From IMG/VR virus record IMGVR_UViG_3300032524_000070: a stretch of DNA of 64,000 bases; one strand, given 5' to 3'. How positions within the stretch are numbered: position 1 is the first letter of the stretch; every line of letters starts with the position of its first letter. The translations under genes and the position numbers were made by a program. Positions 11,401-20,515 of the stretch are shown one piece after another. Source of the DNA: a virus. The notes under the pieces were generated by a model, which searched no databases, was not told the DNA's origin, and saw nothing but the letters and a program-made list of their open reading frames with translations.

Positions 11401-11563
11401 TGAACTGGGGCTCGCCAACGCCATCCCCGCCCCGATTGGGCAGATGGTCAGCATCGTGGACGCTGCTCGAACCTTCGACGGGGCGACCCCGCTGAACATC
11501 ACGACGGCTTACGGTGCGGTAACGCTCTACAAGAACAGCGCGAGCAACTGGTCGATCATCTAG
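8408..11563 (+). CDS. putative tail fibre/virion protein (PKD-like N-terminus, beta-helix-like middle, fibre-tip-like C-terminus)
   Basis: GDFSSINQAI...IRKGRYAEDL resembles the entry to a pectin-lyase fold; Gly-rich beta segments; C-terminal VVVKDELG...YGAVTLY...NWSII. Confidence 0.55.
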   Translation: MPAVIESTLYESPGGAVVAGSTQQNSRDDLRLGYQVTLNSVQAGTTYSWTLAFASDSPGTTVAGTPFDGTDSASSLLPPEGSTSKTAKFNVDFEGTYLIRLTVDAGLPTEDSQFIRARVLTLFGSLKLIAAGERRDENGVIPVDATPEGWANDQNANMQRVALLLRRVSHSGRILFVDSNRGRDFTEDQDDYDNVIAIPGPEVARPEATGMKLRAMAHGDFSSINQAIAYASAAAARGEPAPSQNEPYYIVIRKGRYAEDLNLVPFVHLVGDDITFTNIDISSGGLGNVINYGVSVQSVNVAGTGTHRFNPLANAENAWCFLFNMALQGSANTTLPVLDQLGGAIKLFGCAVLQDGDAVNQGEAIRCVVSNPAHTPALWLEDCFVQSDATTADRVAVRFNATGGILNLIHSQVVAESCQGIVVNEALYTVCECYVRGDSLLVGTPPYVGYGSLQRFEDSTTSPVGGGTPSINVSAFGGGAGSKPGDVTLDVQRMTLNGVISFETAAAVGSTVLVNSGNVNRLGGATPHVLLPDAPGDLPNLSMPIFDGESVGYLPNHSDPLLGPGGPTTINAANQLQKRNLQEVVDRILLGVFPVVGSPFYSLHTAYSGLASLNPPTLGTGLGRTIIANGGAVQITGGTAPFALDAERKDGGLQTEGVIDIGGLIGGTGSTPLALVGHSEIHLNPNMMGVGPVIALGRAAWTTGVNGGDRGFPAAVIRADSATAPALPTLSPYHIHLRTLSGKNSNTGGLGNIYIAAGGITDPASVDNPGHVHINGGGHLNAGAGSTGDIWLAPGDLFGAAGFGKVWFAGTNGTPASLTAAGPWIGGTAGVITIGTPNGVEFFTFTGAEANVAAATALFNATARAFIATDDGATITLIANPSPASDIVCLGDDGSGVNVNLGDFLPATATFTPGTYGDLISVDVPVNGRLRVNGDLQVTGAIIGTVAPAYRAITGADAYPYPSLATELILGAQLVATLDRTIVLNPAYPIGTTVVVKDELGLANAIPAPIGQMVSIVDAARTFDGATPLNITTAYGAVTLYKNSASNWSII

Positions 11564-11581
11564 GCAGGGGAACGGTGACGA

Positions 11582-14500
11582 ATGGCTTTCACGCCGCCAA
11601 CGAACCCCGAGGACAGCTACGAACTGAGCCCCTTCGGGTTCGGCCCGTTCCCGCTCCCTGGTGAGTCGGTTGACGTAGCTCCCCCGCACCCGGTCGGCGG
11701 TGGCTACGGCGGTGTCGGTTTCTTGTCGGCTGGTGACCTCCCGGACAACGGCAGCCCCTACGGCCTGGGCTCCTACGGCTCCCGGTGGTTCAGCCGCCCC
11801 AAGGTCAACATCAGCGGCGGCTACGGTGGTGACCCCTACGGCCTGGGTGGCTACGGCAGCACCGAAGTCACGCCTCCCTACGTCTCATCGGCCATTTCGC
11901 TCGACGGCTTCACCATCGAGGTGTTCTTCAGCGAAGAGGTGGACACCACCAACCCCGCGTTGACCGACCCGACGAGCTACACGCTGGAGCCCATCACCGG
12001 GGCAGCTCCCGCGACGGTGCTCTCGGTTCACATCGAGAAGCTGGGGTCGGTCAACCTGGCTGCTGGCGACACCATCGCCGGGGCCATCTCGGTCGTCATC
12101 ACCCACACAGGGACGACGCAGGGCGGGATGTACAAGGTCCACGCCACGGGTCTGACCGACATCGCGGGCAACCCGATCATCGACGCTGACGCTCCGTTCC
12201 TGGCCAAGGGTGAGCCGCCGACCTTCGCGGTCAGCCTTCCGGCCCCGGACGCAGGGAACGAGCTGCTGGTCACGTTCAGCCACCCGATGTTGCAGAACGC
12301 GGGTGGCTTCCCGGACCTGGCGAGCTACGACTTCGCGGTAGCCACGAGCAACCCCTACCCCATCGATCTTGTGCCGACGAGCATCGTCGTGGTGGACGAC
12401 AAGCAGGTGCGGCTCGGGGTCAAGGGCATGACCTCGTTGAACTACGACCTGACGGTCAGCGAGGCGTTCGCGTTCGCCTTCGACACGACGCTGGGGCTCC
12501 GCAACTGCACCGCTCTCACGCTGGGGGTGGGGACGGTCACGGAGTCTCCGGGCTACCTCGTGTTTTCGAGGCCGAACACCTCTGCGGGCTTCGCTCGGGA
12601 GTGGGACGACACGAGTGGCACCATCACCCCGCTGACCTCGACGCTGCGGTCGGACTGCACCTTCGACTTCAGCAACGCGGCCTTCGAGCCTGCGATCTCC
12701 CTGTTCCCGGTCCCGGAGGTCGGGGAGATCCTCTTCCAGGATGGCGTGCCCGGCAACGGCCTGTTCATCAAGGTCATGCTCCAGATGAGCATCACCGGGG
12801 TCGAGCAGGTGCGCTTGCGGTCGGGCACCTTCGACATGACGGTGGACGCCACCTGGTCGGATGCGGTCCACACGATCTCCTTCGTGCGGAACATGCAGGC
12901 GGGCATCGTCACCTTCCTGCTCGATGAGCAGCCGCTCACGTCCACCGCGATTGCGAACGTGGACGCCCCGGCAGAGACACAGGCGTCAGTGCGCTTCGGC
13001 CTCTACCCCGGCGGGTGGAACATCAGCGGTGTCCGGCTGGTGAGCCTCATCACCACCAGCTCCACGACGGTCTTCTCGTCTGCCTGGAACTTCCTGCACG
13101 GCCAGATCGGGCAGTTCCTCGGCTCCGATCTGCTGACCCGTGACCGACTGCTGACGCAGCGAGGCCCGCTGGTCAAGGGCTGGGGTGACGCGACCCCAGC
13201 GACCGAAGCTGATGTGGCTGTCATCATCAATGGCACGGCGGTATCCATCGCCGAGGTGAACCCCTACATCGGCGGCATCGTCCTGACGGTGCCTGTACCC
13301 CTCCTCCCGCTCGGTGACCCACAGGCCAGCGTGGCGGTGGACTACAAGTGGTTCAAGAGTCCCGTCATGGAGCTGGCCGGGTTGAACACCCTCGGCCTGG
13401 TGCTCAACAAGTTCGACTGCGCCCGCAGAGGCCACCACGACCCGGCGGCCCACGGCGATCAGGTCCAGGTTCTTCCGGGGCAGCCGGACTTCATGGCGAA
13501 CCCCGGACACCCCAAGGGGGCCGTGGACATCCACCGCTTCCCGATGAGCGTGGTCCTCGGGCCGATGAGCCGGAGCGAACCGCTCTACATCGGTCACCGC
13601 TACATGGGGTTCGAGCGGGCGTACTCAGCTCTGACCAACAGCCCGACCACCCTGCGGCTCAACCAGGCCCCAGGGCGTGTATCCGTGCCCGGCTTCGAGC
13701 GGGAGGTAGCTGGGGTCAGTGTGGCCTACGAAGGGCTCGTGAAGCCCGTAGACGCCGCCCCTGCGTGGGCTCTGGACGGTGCTGACTTCGGTGCCGTGGA
13801 TCACGACGCTGATGCAGGGATCGACCTCGGGACGTACACGATCATCGACCCCATCGTGGGGGACGCTGGGCCGACTGAGACGGCGACGGTCTACCACCGT
13901 GGGCTGGACCTCACCTATCCGTCGAGCGTTAACCTGGTGGCCCGCTTCCAGACGGCAGCCACGGCCTTGTTCGATACGGACCACGTGGCTCCTTCCCCGG
14001 CTCCGACCGGGCTGGTGGCGGTCCCCACGGCTGATGGTGTGTTCACGGGTGTCGGGTTCGGCATCCACGACAACAGGCACCTGTACTTCTGCGGGGTGCT
14101 CCTGATCAACGGGGTCGAGCACGTCGGCCTGCTGCTCAACCCGAAGCGCATCCACGAGTGGGAGTCCTGGGCCATCGGGCCGAAGTCCATCCTGACGGCC
14201 TCCTCGCAGAGTCGAGGGGCCTTCCCGTCCTCGCAGGTGTCCACGGGGTTCACAGTCGGGTCGAAGTTCCAGCGACTCACGGGCACGCAGGTCGGGGTCT
14301 ACACGGCGACGAGCGTGGTGGCTCAGAGCGACGGCACGACGACGGTGGACTTCACGCCGGTCCTTCCCTCGCCGTGGGACATCTACGGCAACAAGTTCGT
14401 CGAGGTGGTCTTCGAGACGCGAGCGAGCATCAAGCCGTTCACATACCGGCTCGACCTCGACACGGACCAGCAGGTTGCAGAGCTGCGGATCTCCGGGGAG

Positions 14501-17500
14501 ACGCGGGGGGTGGTCACCCGCATCGACGGCAACGTGCCTCCGGTCCCCGTGGCAGCTCAGACATCGCTCCTGCTCCCGGAGGAGATCGTCGGGCAGGTCT
14601 TCTGGGGCAGCTTGAGCAGGCAGGCGGCGAGCCGGGCAACGTGGTCCTTCATGCGTTACGGCCTGGTGCCCGACCAGGTGTTCATCCAGGGCCACGCGGT
14701 CGTCAACAACACGGAGATGAGCGACCTCCCCGAGGACAACCCGGCGGCCGGTGGCGGCCAGTGGTGGCCGGTGCAGACCTTCGGGACGGCAGAGATCCTG
14801 CCGAACGTGGACACCTTGCTCTTGAAGGCCACTTCGGCGAGCAGTGTCTACGATCTGAGCTACGGCTACGCCCGAGTGGAGCCATTCTTCACCCCGGACG
14901 CCATCTTCGACTACCGGGCAGGCATCCAGCTCGACTCGACCACCATCGGGGCAGGTGGAGCTGAGCTGCTGCTGGACGACACGCAGCGACAGACCGTCGT
15001 GCGCAGCCTCATGGTGCTGGAGAACCTGTCGGCTGACCCCACGGCCTACCGGGGCCTGGTGTCGCTGCCGCAGGTGAGCCACACCGGCCTCTTCCCGACC
15101 TCCGAGATGGGCTGGGCGGTCGAGGCAGGTGCGACCGTGGTGGGGACGCATGAAGGCGCTCAGATGGTGGTGGTGCAGAACGCCACCCAGCGGGGCAAGT
15201 GGCTCAACAACCTGGTGTTCGACGCGACTGACCCCGGCATCGTCGATGCGGACGAGGGGCGGGTCTTCGAGGCACGGCTGGAGGTCAAGGCCCGGACGAC
15301 CAACGCCAACGGCGACTCCGGCATCATCTTCGGTGGCCAGGTCGCGGCTGCGGGGGCCGGGTTCGCGTACTTCCAGATCGAGCTGGCCGGAGCCATCGGC
15401 AGCGAGGTGGTTCGGCTTCGGACTGCTGCCGGTGCCCCCATCGGCGAGTACACCTTCGACTGGACGGGGGAGGCCCACACGTTCCGGCTCCTCGCCAACC
15501 GGGTAGCGGATACGGTCACCCTGGTCATCGACGACATCGTGCAGACGCCCAGCGTCGCGTTCACGGCCTTCACCGGGGGCACGAACAACACGCAGGCATT
15601 CTTCGGCTGCACGGGTCGGGACGCTGCTGATGCCTTCGACACAGCCTTGACGGCCACGGTCGAGTGGCAGCACTTCCACGCCCACGTCCAGGCTCCGGCG
15701 GGTGTCGTGCGAACCATCGGTGTGCTGCGGGGGGTGACGGCCAACGCCTTCTCGCAGGACATCAACGACTACGAGCTGCCTCGAACGGACGCCTCAACGG
15801 CTCCGAACTCGTGGGCGACCGGGCCGGTCATCGAGTGGTGGGACTGGCGGCAGCCCATCGACCTGCGGGTCTACCGCGATCCAGGCTGGGGCGTCACGGT
15901 CTTCCGGCCCGACCTGCCCTTGCCGCCCTACTACGTGCCCGAGGACGGCACGGCAGGGGTGGGCTTCATCACGGAGTCCAACGAGCCTTCGGCGGGCTGG
16001 ATCAACGTCGAGTACAAGAACCTGCCTCCGACGCGGGGTGAGCAGCTCGGGTTCGTGGGCTTCGGCAGCCTGATCCCCGAGGACATCAGCCAGGCCCGGT
16101 GGGACTGGGTCCGCTACCGGATGTTCAAGCACCCGACCGAGGACCGCATCGCTCCTGAGCACATGCTCCTCAACCAGTTCAACGTCATCACGAGCGGGGA
16201 ACGCACGCAGGACGTGACCCTGGAGACGGTCATCGTCCAGACGATGGACAAGACGCGGCTGTCCTTGCTGCCGACGCACCTGTACGCCGAGTCCATCTAC
16301 AAGATCATCGACGGGGCGACGATCTGGACGCGGGAGTTCTGGACCTTCGACCCGGCTTCGCAGCTCGTCACCCTCCAGCCCGACCCGCTGACGGGAGCCG
16401 CACGGGAGTTCTCTGCCGAGCACGCCAACGTCACGGTGATGTTCACGCCGGGCTTGCCGGTCACGAACACGTACCTGGGGCTCCAGCCCCTCCTGGACGG
16501 GGTGACGCTGCTCAACGAGGGCACGCCTCCGATTCCGATGAGCCAGACGGCTGAGAGCCAGATCGAGACGGTGTATGGGTCGCACTTGAACGACCCGGAG
16601 GACGTGCTCAACGACGACCCAGACTTCGTGCTCAACGACCCGCACAGAACGATCCGCCACAACGACGTGGAGGGCTCGCTCTACGAGTCGCTGGACTTCA
16701 TCGAGGTGGACAACAGCGGCCAGACCGACCTCATCGCGGCCATCTGCGAGGGTGGTCCCGGCACAGGCTTCTCCGGGCACTCGCCCACCGAGGGGGAGGA
16801 CACCTACTCCAAGACCGGCGGCGGGGCAGCTCTCGGTGGCGTGGGTGGCGTGGCTGACCTGTTCGCCACGGGCACCAAGGTCGGCATGGCGGTCGGGGCC
16901 GAGGTCTTCGACTTCAGCGGGACGATGTTCTGGCACGACACGGACTTCCTGCCCCAGCCGGACTGGCAGCAGAAGGGCGGGATGCCCGGCGGCATCCTGT
17001 TCGCCTCTGGCGGCAACTTCGTCAACCCGGTGGTGGACGCCCTGGGCAACATCATCCCTGGAGCGGTCGTAGCGGGCGGTGGCAACCTCGGGCCGGGCAC
17101 GGCAGTCCTGTTCCCCACCTTCCCGGCCAGAGGGCCTGTGGGTGGCGACCAGGGGCGCATCTACCAGCGCACGGACTGGTACCTGAGCCTCCGCTCTGTG
17201 CTGGCCACCGACCCCGGTGGTTCGGCAGGTTCGGCAGGTTCGGCAGGTTCGGCAGGTGGTGGTGCGGTCGAGACCCCGCTGGACGAGGACTGGACGGCAT
17301 CCGGGTGGGACACGGATGCTCCGAGTGGCCCTGCGAGTCAGGTCGTCAACCCGACCGGGGTGACCAACCCTCTGGGTGCGGCCATCGGGTACATGCTGGG
17401 GGCAGGCGACTACTCCCGCTACGGCCCGTGGGGTGGCCTGGGTGCCTTGTCGGCTGCCCGGGACTCCGGGAGCTTCGTGTTCATGGTCACGCTGGAAGAG

Positions 17501-18001
17501 AACGACCGGATCATGCTGTGGGACCGGACCACCCTGACCCGGCATGGCTTCCGTGCGAAGGCTGTCCCCACGAACCCGAACCACCACTTCCAGCGAGGCC
17601 CGAACGAGCACATCGCTCTGGCGAATGCCATCAACGGCTCCACCATCGGCGACGACTACTTCGCGGTCGCTGGTCTGAGCCTCAGCGGTCAGCTCAGCGT
17701 CACGGTCTACACGCTCGCTCCGGCCTTGCCGAACAGCAACCCGGACACGGCGGTCATCGGCACCAACACGCCGAACATCATCCTGGCCGATGTGCTCTCC
17801 ACCGAGAACCCGACCCCGGCGGGGTGGACCTACGGGGTTCCGTGGGGTGGCTCCGAACTCACGCAGTCTTCTCTGCTGGCTGGTGGGGTGCAGACCATCG
17901 ACTACCTGAACGCCTACGACCCCCGCTTGGGTATCGTGGCGAACGGCGGTCAGGTGCTCTCCTTGGGGGCGGAAGTCAAGTTGATTTTCCAGCCAGCTTG
18001 A
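11582..18001 (+). CDS. very large virion structural protein (2139 aa; Ig-like and lectin-like repeats)
   Basis: YG-rich N-terminus, IEVFFSEEV and LLVTFSHPM Ig-like strands, HTISFVR and HTFRLLA lectin-like strands; lies in tail module. Confidence 0.6.
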   Translation: MAFTPPTNPEDSYELSPFGFGPFPLPGESVDVAPPHPVGGGYGGVGFLSAGDLPDNGSPYGLGSYGSRWFSRPKVNISGGYGGDPYGLGGYGSTEVTPPYVSSAISLDGFTIEVFFSEEVDTTNPALTDPTSYTLEPITGAAPATVLSVHIEKLGSVNLAAGDTIAGAISVVITHTGTTQGGMYKVHATGLTDIAGNPIIDADAPFLAKGEPPTFAVSLPAPDAGNELLVTFSHPMLQNAGGFPDLASYDFAVATSNPYPIDLVPTSIVVVDDKQVRLGVKGMTSLNYDLTVSEAFAFAFDTTLGLRNCTALTLGVGTVTESPGYLVFSRPNTSAGFAREWDDTSGTITPLTSTLRSDCTFDFSNAAFEPAISLFPVPEVGEILFQDGVPGNGLFIKVMLQMSITGVEQVRLRSGTFDMTVDATWSDAVHTISFVRNMQAGIVTFLLDEQPLTSTAIANVDAPAETQASVRFGLYPGGWNISGVRLVSLITTSSTTVFSSAWNFLHGQIGQFLGSDLLTRDRLLTQRGPLVKGWGDATPATEADVAVIINGTAVSIAEVNPYIGGIVLTVPVPLLPLGDPQASVAVDYKWFKSPVMELAGLNTLGLVLNKFDCARRGHHDPAAHGDQVQVLPGQPDFMANPGHPKGAVDIHRFPMSVVLGPMSRSEPLYIGHRYMGFERAYSALTNSPTTLRLNQAPGRVSVPGFEREVAGVSVAYEGLVKPVDAAPAWALDGADFGAVDHDADAGIDLGTYTIIDPIVGDAGPTETATVYHRGLDLTYPSSVNLVARFQTAATALFDTDHVAPSPAPTGLVAVPTADGVFTGVGFGIHDNRHLYFCGVLLINGVEHVGLLLNPKRIHEWESWAIGPKSILTASSQSRGAFPSSQVSTGFTVGSKFQRLTGTQVGVYTATSVVAQSDGTTTVDFTPVLPSPWDIYGNKFVEVVFETRASIKPFTYRLDLDTDQQVAELRISGETRGVVTRIDGNVPPVPVAAQTSLLLPEEIVGQVFWGSLSRQAASRATWSFMRYGLVPDQVFIQGHAVVNNTEMSDLPEDNPAAGGGQWWPVQTFGTAEILPNVDTLLLKATSASSVYDLSYGYARVEPFFTPDAIFDYRAGIQLDSTTIGAGGAELLLDDTQRQTVVRSLMVLENLSADPTAYRGLVSLPQVSHTGLFPTSEMGWAVEAGATVVGTHEGAQMVVVQNATQRGKWLNNLVFDATDPGIVDADEGRVFEARLEVKARTTNANGDSGIIFGGQVAAAGAGFAYFQIELAGAIGSEVVRLRTAAGAPIGEYTFDWTGEAHTFRLLANRVADTVTLVIDDIVQTPSVAFTAFTGGTNNTQAFFGCTGRDAADAFDTALTATVEWQHFHAHVQAPAGVVRTIGVLRGVTANAFSQDINDYELPRTDASTAPNSWATGPVIEWWDWRQPIDLRVYRDPGWGVTVFRPDLPLPPYYVPEDGTAGVGFITESNEPSAGWINVEYKNLPPTRGEQLGFVGFGSLIPEDISQARWDWVRYRMFKHPTEDRIAPEHMLLNQFNVITSGERTQDVTLETVIVQTMDKTRLSLLPTHLYAESIYKIIDGATIWTREFWTFDPASQLVTLQPDPLTGAAREFSAEHANVTVMFTPGLPVTNTYLGLQPLLDGVTLLNEGTPPIPMSQTAESQIETVYGSHLNDPEDVLNDDPDFVLNDPHRTIRHNDVEGSLYESLDFIEVDNSGQTDLIAAICEGGPGTGFSGHSPTEGEDTYSKTGGGAALGGVGGVADLFATGTKVGMAVGAEVFDFSGTMFWHDTDFLPQPDWQQKGGMPGGILFASGGNFVNPVVDALGNIIPGAVVAGGGNLGPGTAVLFPTFPARGPVGGDQGRIYQRTDWYLSLRSVLATDPGGSAGSAGSAGSAGGGAVETPLDEDWTASGWDTDAPSGPASQVVNPTGVTNPLGAAIGYMLGAGDYSRYGPWGGLGALSAARDSGSFVFMVTLEENDRIMLWDRTTLTRHGFRAKAVPTNPNHHFQRGPNEHIALANAINGSTIGDDYFAVAGLSLSGQLSVTVYTLAPALPNSNPDTAVIGTNTPNIILADVLSTENPTPAGWTYGVPWGGSELTQSSLLAGGVQTIDYLNAYDPRLGIVANGGQVLSLGAEVKLIFQPA
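17219..17254 (+). repeat. perfect tandem repeat (GGTTCGGCA)x4 encoding a GSA linker
   Basis: Read directly from the sequence. Confidence 0.95.
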
Positions 18002-18003
18002 CC

Positions 18004-18034
18004 CGGTATCCAGCCTATGAGGCACGGAAGATGA
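18004..18034 (+). promoter_or_regulatory. putative late promoter motif, copy 3
   Basis: cggt-atcca-gcctat-N11-gatga. Confidence 0.6.
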
Positions 18035-18062
18035 GCAACCGGCCTGACCCCGGGAGGAGCTG

Positions 18063-18263
18063 ATGCCCCAGTACAGCGAGCAGATGAAGCGACAGCGGCA
18101 ACAGGTCAAGATGGGCCTGGCGTTGCAGTACGCCGATGCTCCCCTTCGAGCAAAGAAGGGCACCTTCATCTTCGACATGAAGGACGCGGAGACGGGCGAG
18201 CAGCTCGCCTACTTTGAGAAGGACACCGAGAACCAGTCCAAGGAGCACGTTCGGGATGCGTAA
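18063..18263 (+). CDS. orphaned N-terminal fragment of the tail protein gene at 18936 (66 aa)
   Basis: GGAGGAG RBS; KGTFIFDMKDAETGEQLA matches KGEFFFKMTDARSGRVLA of the 18936 ORF at 10/18 positions; its stop overlaps the endonuclease start. Confidence 0.65.
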   Translation: MPQYSEQMKRQRQQVKMGLALQYADAPLRAKKGTFIFDMKDAETGEQLAYFEKDTENQSKEHVRDA

Positions 18264-18939
18264 GGGCACCACCCACACGGAAGCGACGAAGGCAAGGCTC
18301 CGTGAAGCTCGAAGCCATCAGGTGCCGTGGAACAAGGGCGTCAAGACGGGGCCTCGACCGGCAGCCGTGCGTCAGAGGATCTCCGAGTCATTGATGGGGC
18401 ACCCGGATCATGTCCCCGTTGAGAAGAAGGCCACATGGAGACGGGCAATCTCGGAGTCCAAGAAGGGCCACGTTCAGTCAGATGATACTCGGCGCAAGCG
18501 GAGTGCCTCCATGTCCCGGGCATACGCGGAGGGTCGGAAAACCGTCAAGCCAGCTTCCGGCTACGGGAAGGGTCGTCACTACGAGTCGCCGTTCCAGGGG
18601 TCAGTGTGGTTGCGGTCCACATCAGAAGTGCAGCGAGCCGAGGAATTGGATGCTGAGGGCGTGGTCTGGTTCTACGAGGTCCGTCGCTTCCCTGTTCGCA
18701 TGGGGGATCGGGTTACGACCTACAGGCCGGATTTCTGGATCATCCCTGGTCTTGTTCGGGAAGACGTGCCCATCGATTACAGAGGTTTCCTCTTGTCGCT
18801 TCCTGTTGAACGGGTTCGTGTCGAGGACGTGAAGGGGTGGTGGAAGCCCTCGCACAAGACCTTCCCGAAGATTCAGGCATTTCAGCAGCAGTACCCCGAC
18901 ATCCGATTCGAGATCGTCATTCGAGAGGGTCAGCGATGA
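18256..18939 (+). CDS. free-standing homing-type endonuclease, NUMOD3 repeats plus PD-(D/E)xK domain
   Basis: HTEATKARL, PWNKG, ISESLMG, ISESKKG (NUMOD3-like); RSTSE, WFYE, YRPDF, EDVKGWW; ATG at 18256 after AAGGAG; lower GC3 than flanking genes. Confidence 0.8.
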   Translation: MRKGTTHTEATKARLREARSHQVPWNKGVKTGPRPAAVRQRISESLMGHPDHVPVEKKATWRRAISESKKGHVQSDDTRRKRSASMSRAYAEGRKTVKPASGYGKGRHYESPFQGSVWLRSTSEVQRAEELDAEGVVWFYEVRRFPVRMGDRVTTYRPDFWIIPGLVREDVPIDYRGFLLSLPVERVRVEDVKGWWKPSHKTFPKIQAFQQQYPDIRFEIVIREGQR

Positions 18940-19493
18940 TCACGACCAAAGCCAAGGGCGAGTTCTTCTTCAAGATGACGGACGCCCGATCCGGGCGTGT
19001 TCTCGCTGAGTGGAATCAGCCCCAGGTCATCACCCTGGACGCAGGGATCGCCGGGGCTGCCCACTTCAAGGGTGACCTGACCGGCGGGTTGAAGATGCTG
19101 GCCATCGGGACGGGTGCGACGGGCAACCTGCTCTCGCCGGACGCCCCGCAGAACACGCAGCGCAAGCTCAACAACGAGATCCAGCGCAAGGCGTTTTCGT
19201 CCACGACGTACCGCACGGCAGAGGGTGTGGCGGTCAGCTATCGCACGCACATCGTTGACTTCACCACGACCTACGGCGAGGCCGAGGCGGTGGGTGCTCT
19301 CAACGAGATGGGGCTGCTGGTCCCGGCATCGATCAACCCTGCGACGCTGAACCCCATCAACAACGGGCCGTCCAACTACGACGCGAGCATCGACGTGGCC
19401 GGGCTGGACTTGATGGTCAACTACCTGACCTTTTCGGTAGTATCGAAACCAAGTACAGCGGTTTTGGCTATCACATGGAGGCTTACGCACTGA
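18936..19493 (+). CDS. tail/baseplate-fibre attachment protein (tail-collar-like)
   Basis: AIGTG...LNNEIQRK...VDFTTTYGEAEAVGALNEMGL pattern; ATGA overlap with the endonuclease stop. Confidence 0.6.
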   Translation: MITTKAKGEFFFKMTDARSGRVLAEWNQPQVITLDAGIAGAAHFKGDLTGGLKMLAIGTGATGNLLSPDAPQNTQRKLNNEIQRKAFSSTTYRTAEGVAVSYRTHIVDFTTTYGEAEAVGALNEMGLLVPASINPATLNPINNGPSNYDASIDVAGLDLMVNYLTFSVVSKPSTAVLAITWRLTH

Positions 19494-19567
19494 TGCTGGC
19501 CCCCCACTCGCCACACCCCAACCCAGAGAGTAAGGTAGTTGACCAGAACTACTTGAAGGGGGTTGGT

Positions 19568-20515
19568 ATGCCTGGTGTGGTCAAGTGCCGGGTCTGCGGC
19601 ATCGAGCGACGACGGCTGGGGGCTCACATCAAGGCGTCCCACGGGATGACAGTGCCCGAGTACCAGTTGCAGTTTCCCGATGCAGCCGTGGAGGTCATCG
19701 GTAGTCGTGTGCGGTCTGCGGAATGTCGGGCCAAGCAGGCGACGGCTGCCAAGCGGCGGTGGGCTGACCCAGATGAGCGGGCTGCACAATCGGCTCGACT
19801 CAAAGATGCGGCCCCGTGGAAGGGCAAGAATCTCTCAGAGAGCCACAAGGCGGCGATCTCGGTGGGTGGATCTGGTGTCGCACATGACCTCACGGACGAG
19901 CGGCGAGCAGAACTAGCCGCCCGAGGTCGGCGGCTTCTGGTCAACAGCCGACAGCACCCGGACTATCGGCAGAAGCTCTCCGAGGGGCAAAGGCGGCGGC
20001 ATGAGCGGGAGATCTGCGGTCTTGCGGACCCTGCCAATCAGCGCAAGAGCTACAACACCAGACTCAAGAACGGCACGCTCATCCCTCCCGGTGGGGGTCG
20101 CGGTATCACGGGCTTCCGCAAGGGTCTGTCGCACTACTGCCGAAGCACACTGGAGGCGAACTTCGCCCGCATCCTCGTTCACGAGAGGGTGCCCTACGAG
20201 TATGAGCCGAGGGTATTCATGCTGCCTGGTGGGGGCCGGTGGACACCGGATTTCCGGCTGCTCGCACCTCTCGGGGGTATCCCTGCTGGCTGGGTGGAAA
20301 TGAAGGGCTGGCGACAGAAGGATGGCACCTTGCCGGGTGAAGCCTCTGCCAAGATCGCCGCCTTTGAGCAGATGACGGGGGAGGCTGTGTACGTCCTGGT
20401 GCAGAGCAGCCCTGAGTGGAAGGCCCTCACTGCGAAGTACGCTGGGCTGGTTCCGTGGGAGAGGCCCCGTTTCAACCTCAAGACTCATCCGGCCCTGTTC
20501 GGGAGGAAAGCCTGA
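19568..20515 (+). CDS. free-standing homing-type endonuclease (C2H2 Zn finger, NUMOD3-like, PD-(D/E)xK)
   Basis: CRVC...HIKASH, PWKGKNLSESHK, RSTLEANFARIL, YEYEP, WTPDF, VEMKGW; start taken at ATG 19568 after GAAGGGGG. Confidence 0.8.
   Translation: MPGVVKCRVCGIERRRLGAHIKASHGMTVPEYQLQFPDAAVEVIGSRVRSAECRAKQATAAKRRWADPDERAAQSARLKDAAPWKGKNLSESHKAAISVGGSGVAHDLTDERRAELAARGRRLLVNSRQHPDYRQKLSEGQRRRHEREICGLADPANQRKSYNTRLKNGTLIPPGGGRGITGFRKGLSHYCRSTLEANFARILVHERVPYEYEPRVFMLPGGGRWTPDFRLLAPLGGIPAGWVEMKGWRQKDGTLPGEASAKIAAFEQMTGEAVYVLVQSSPEWKALTAKYAGLVPWERPRFNLKTHPALFGRKA

Noticed and set aside
18210-18960. Group I intron or intein around the endonucleases
   Set aside because: The endonuclease ORFs fill essentially all the space and overlap neighbouring starts/stops. 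There is no room for a ribozyme core, and no Cys-start or His-Asn-end intein motifs.
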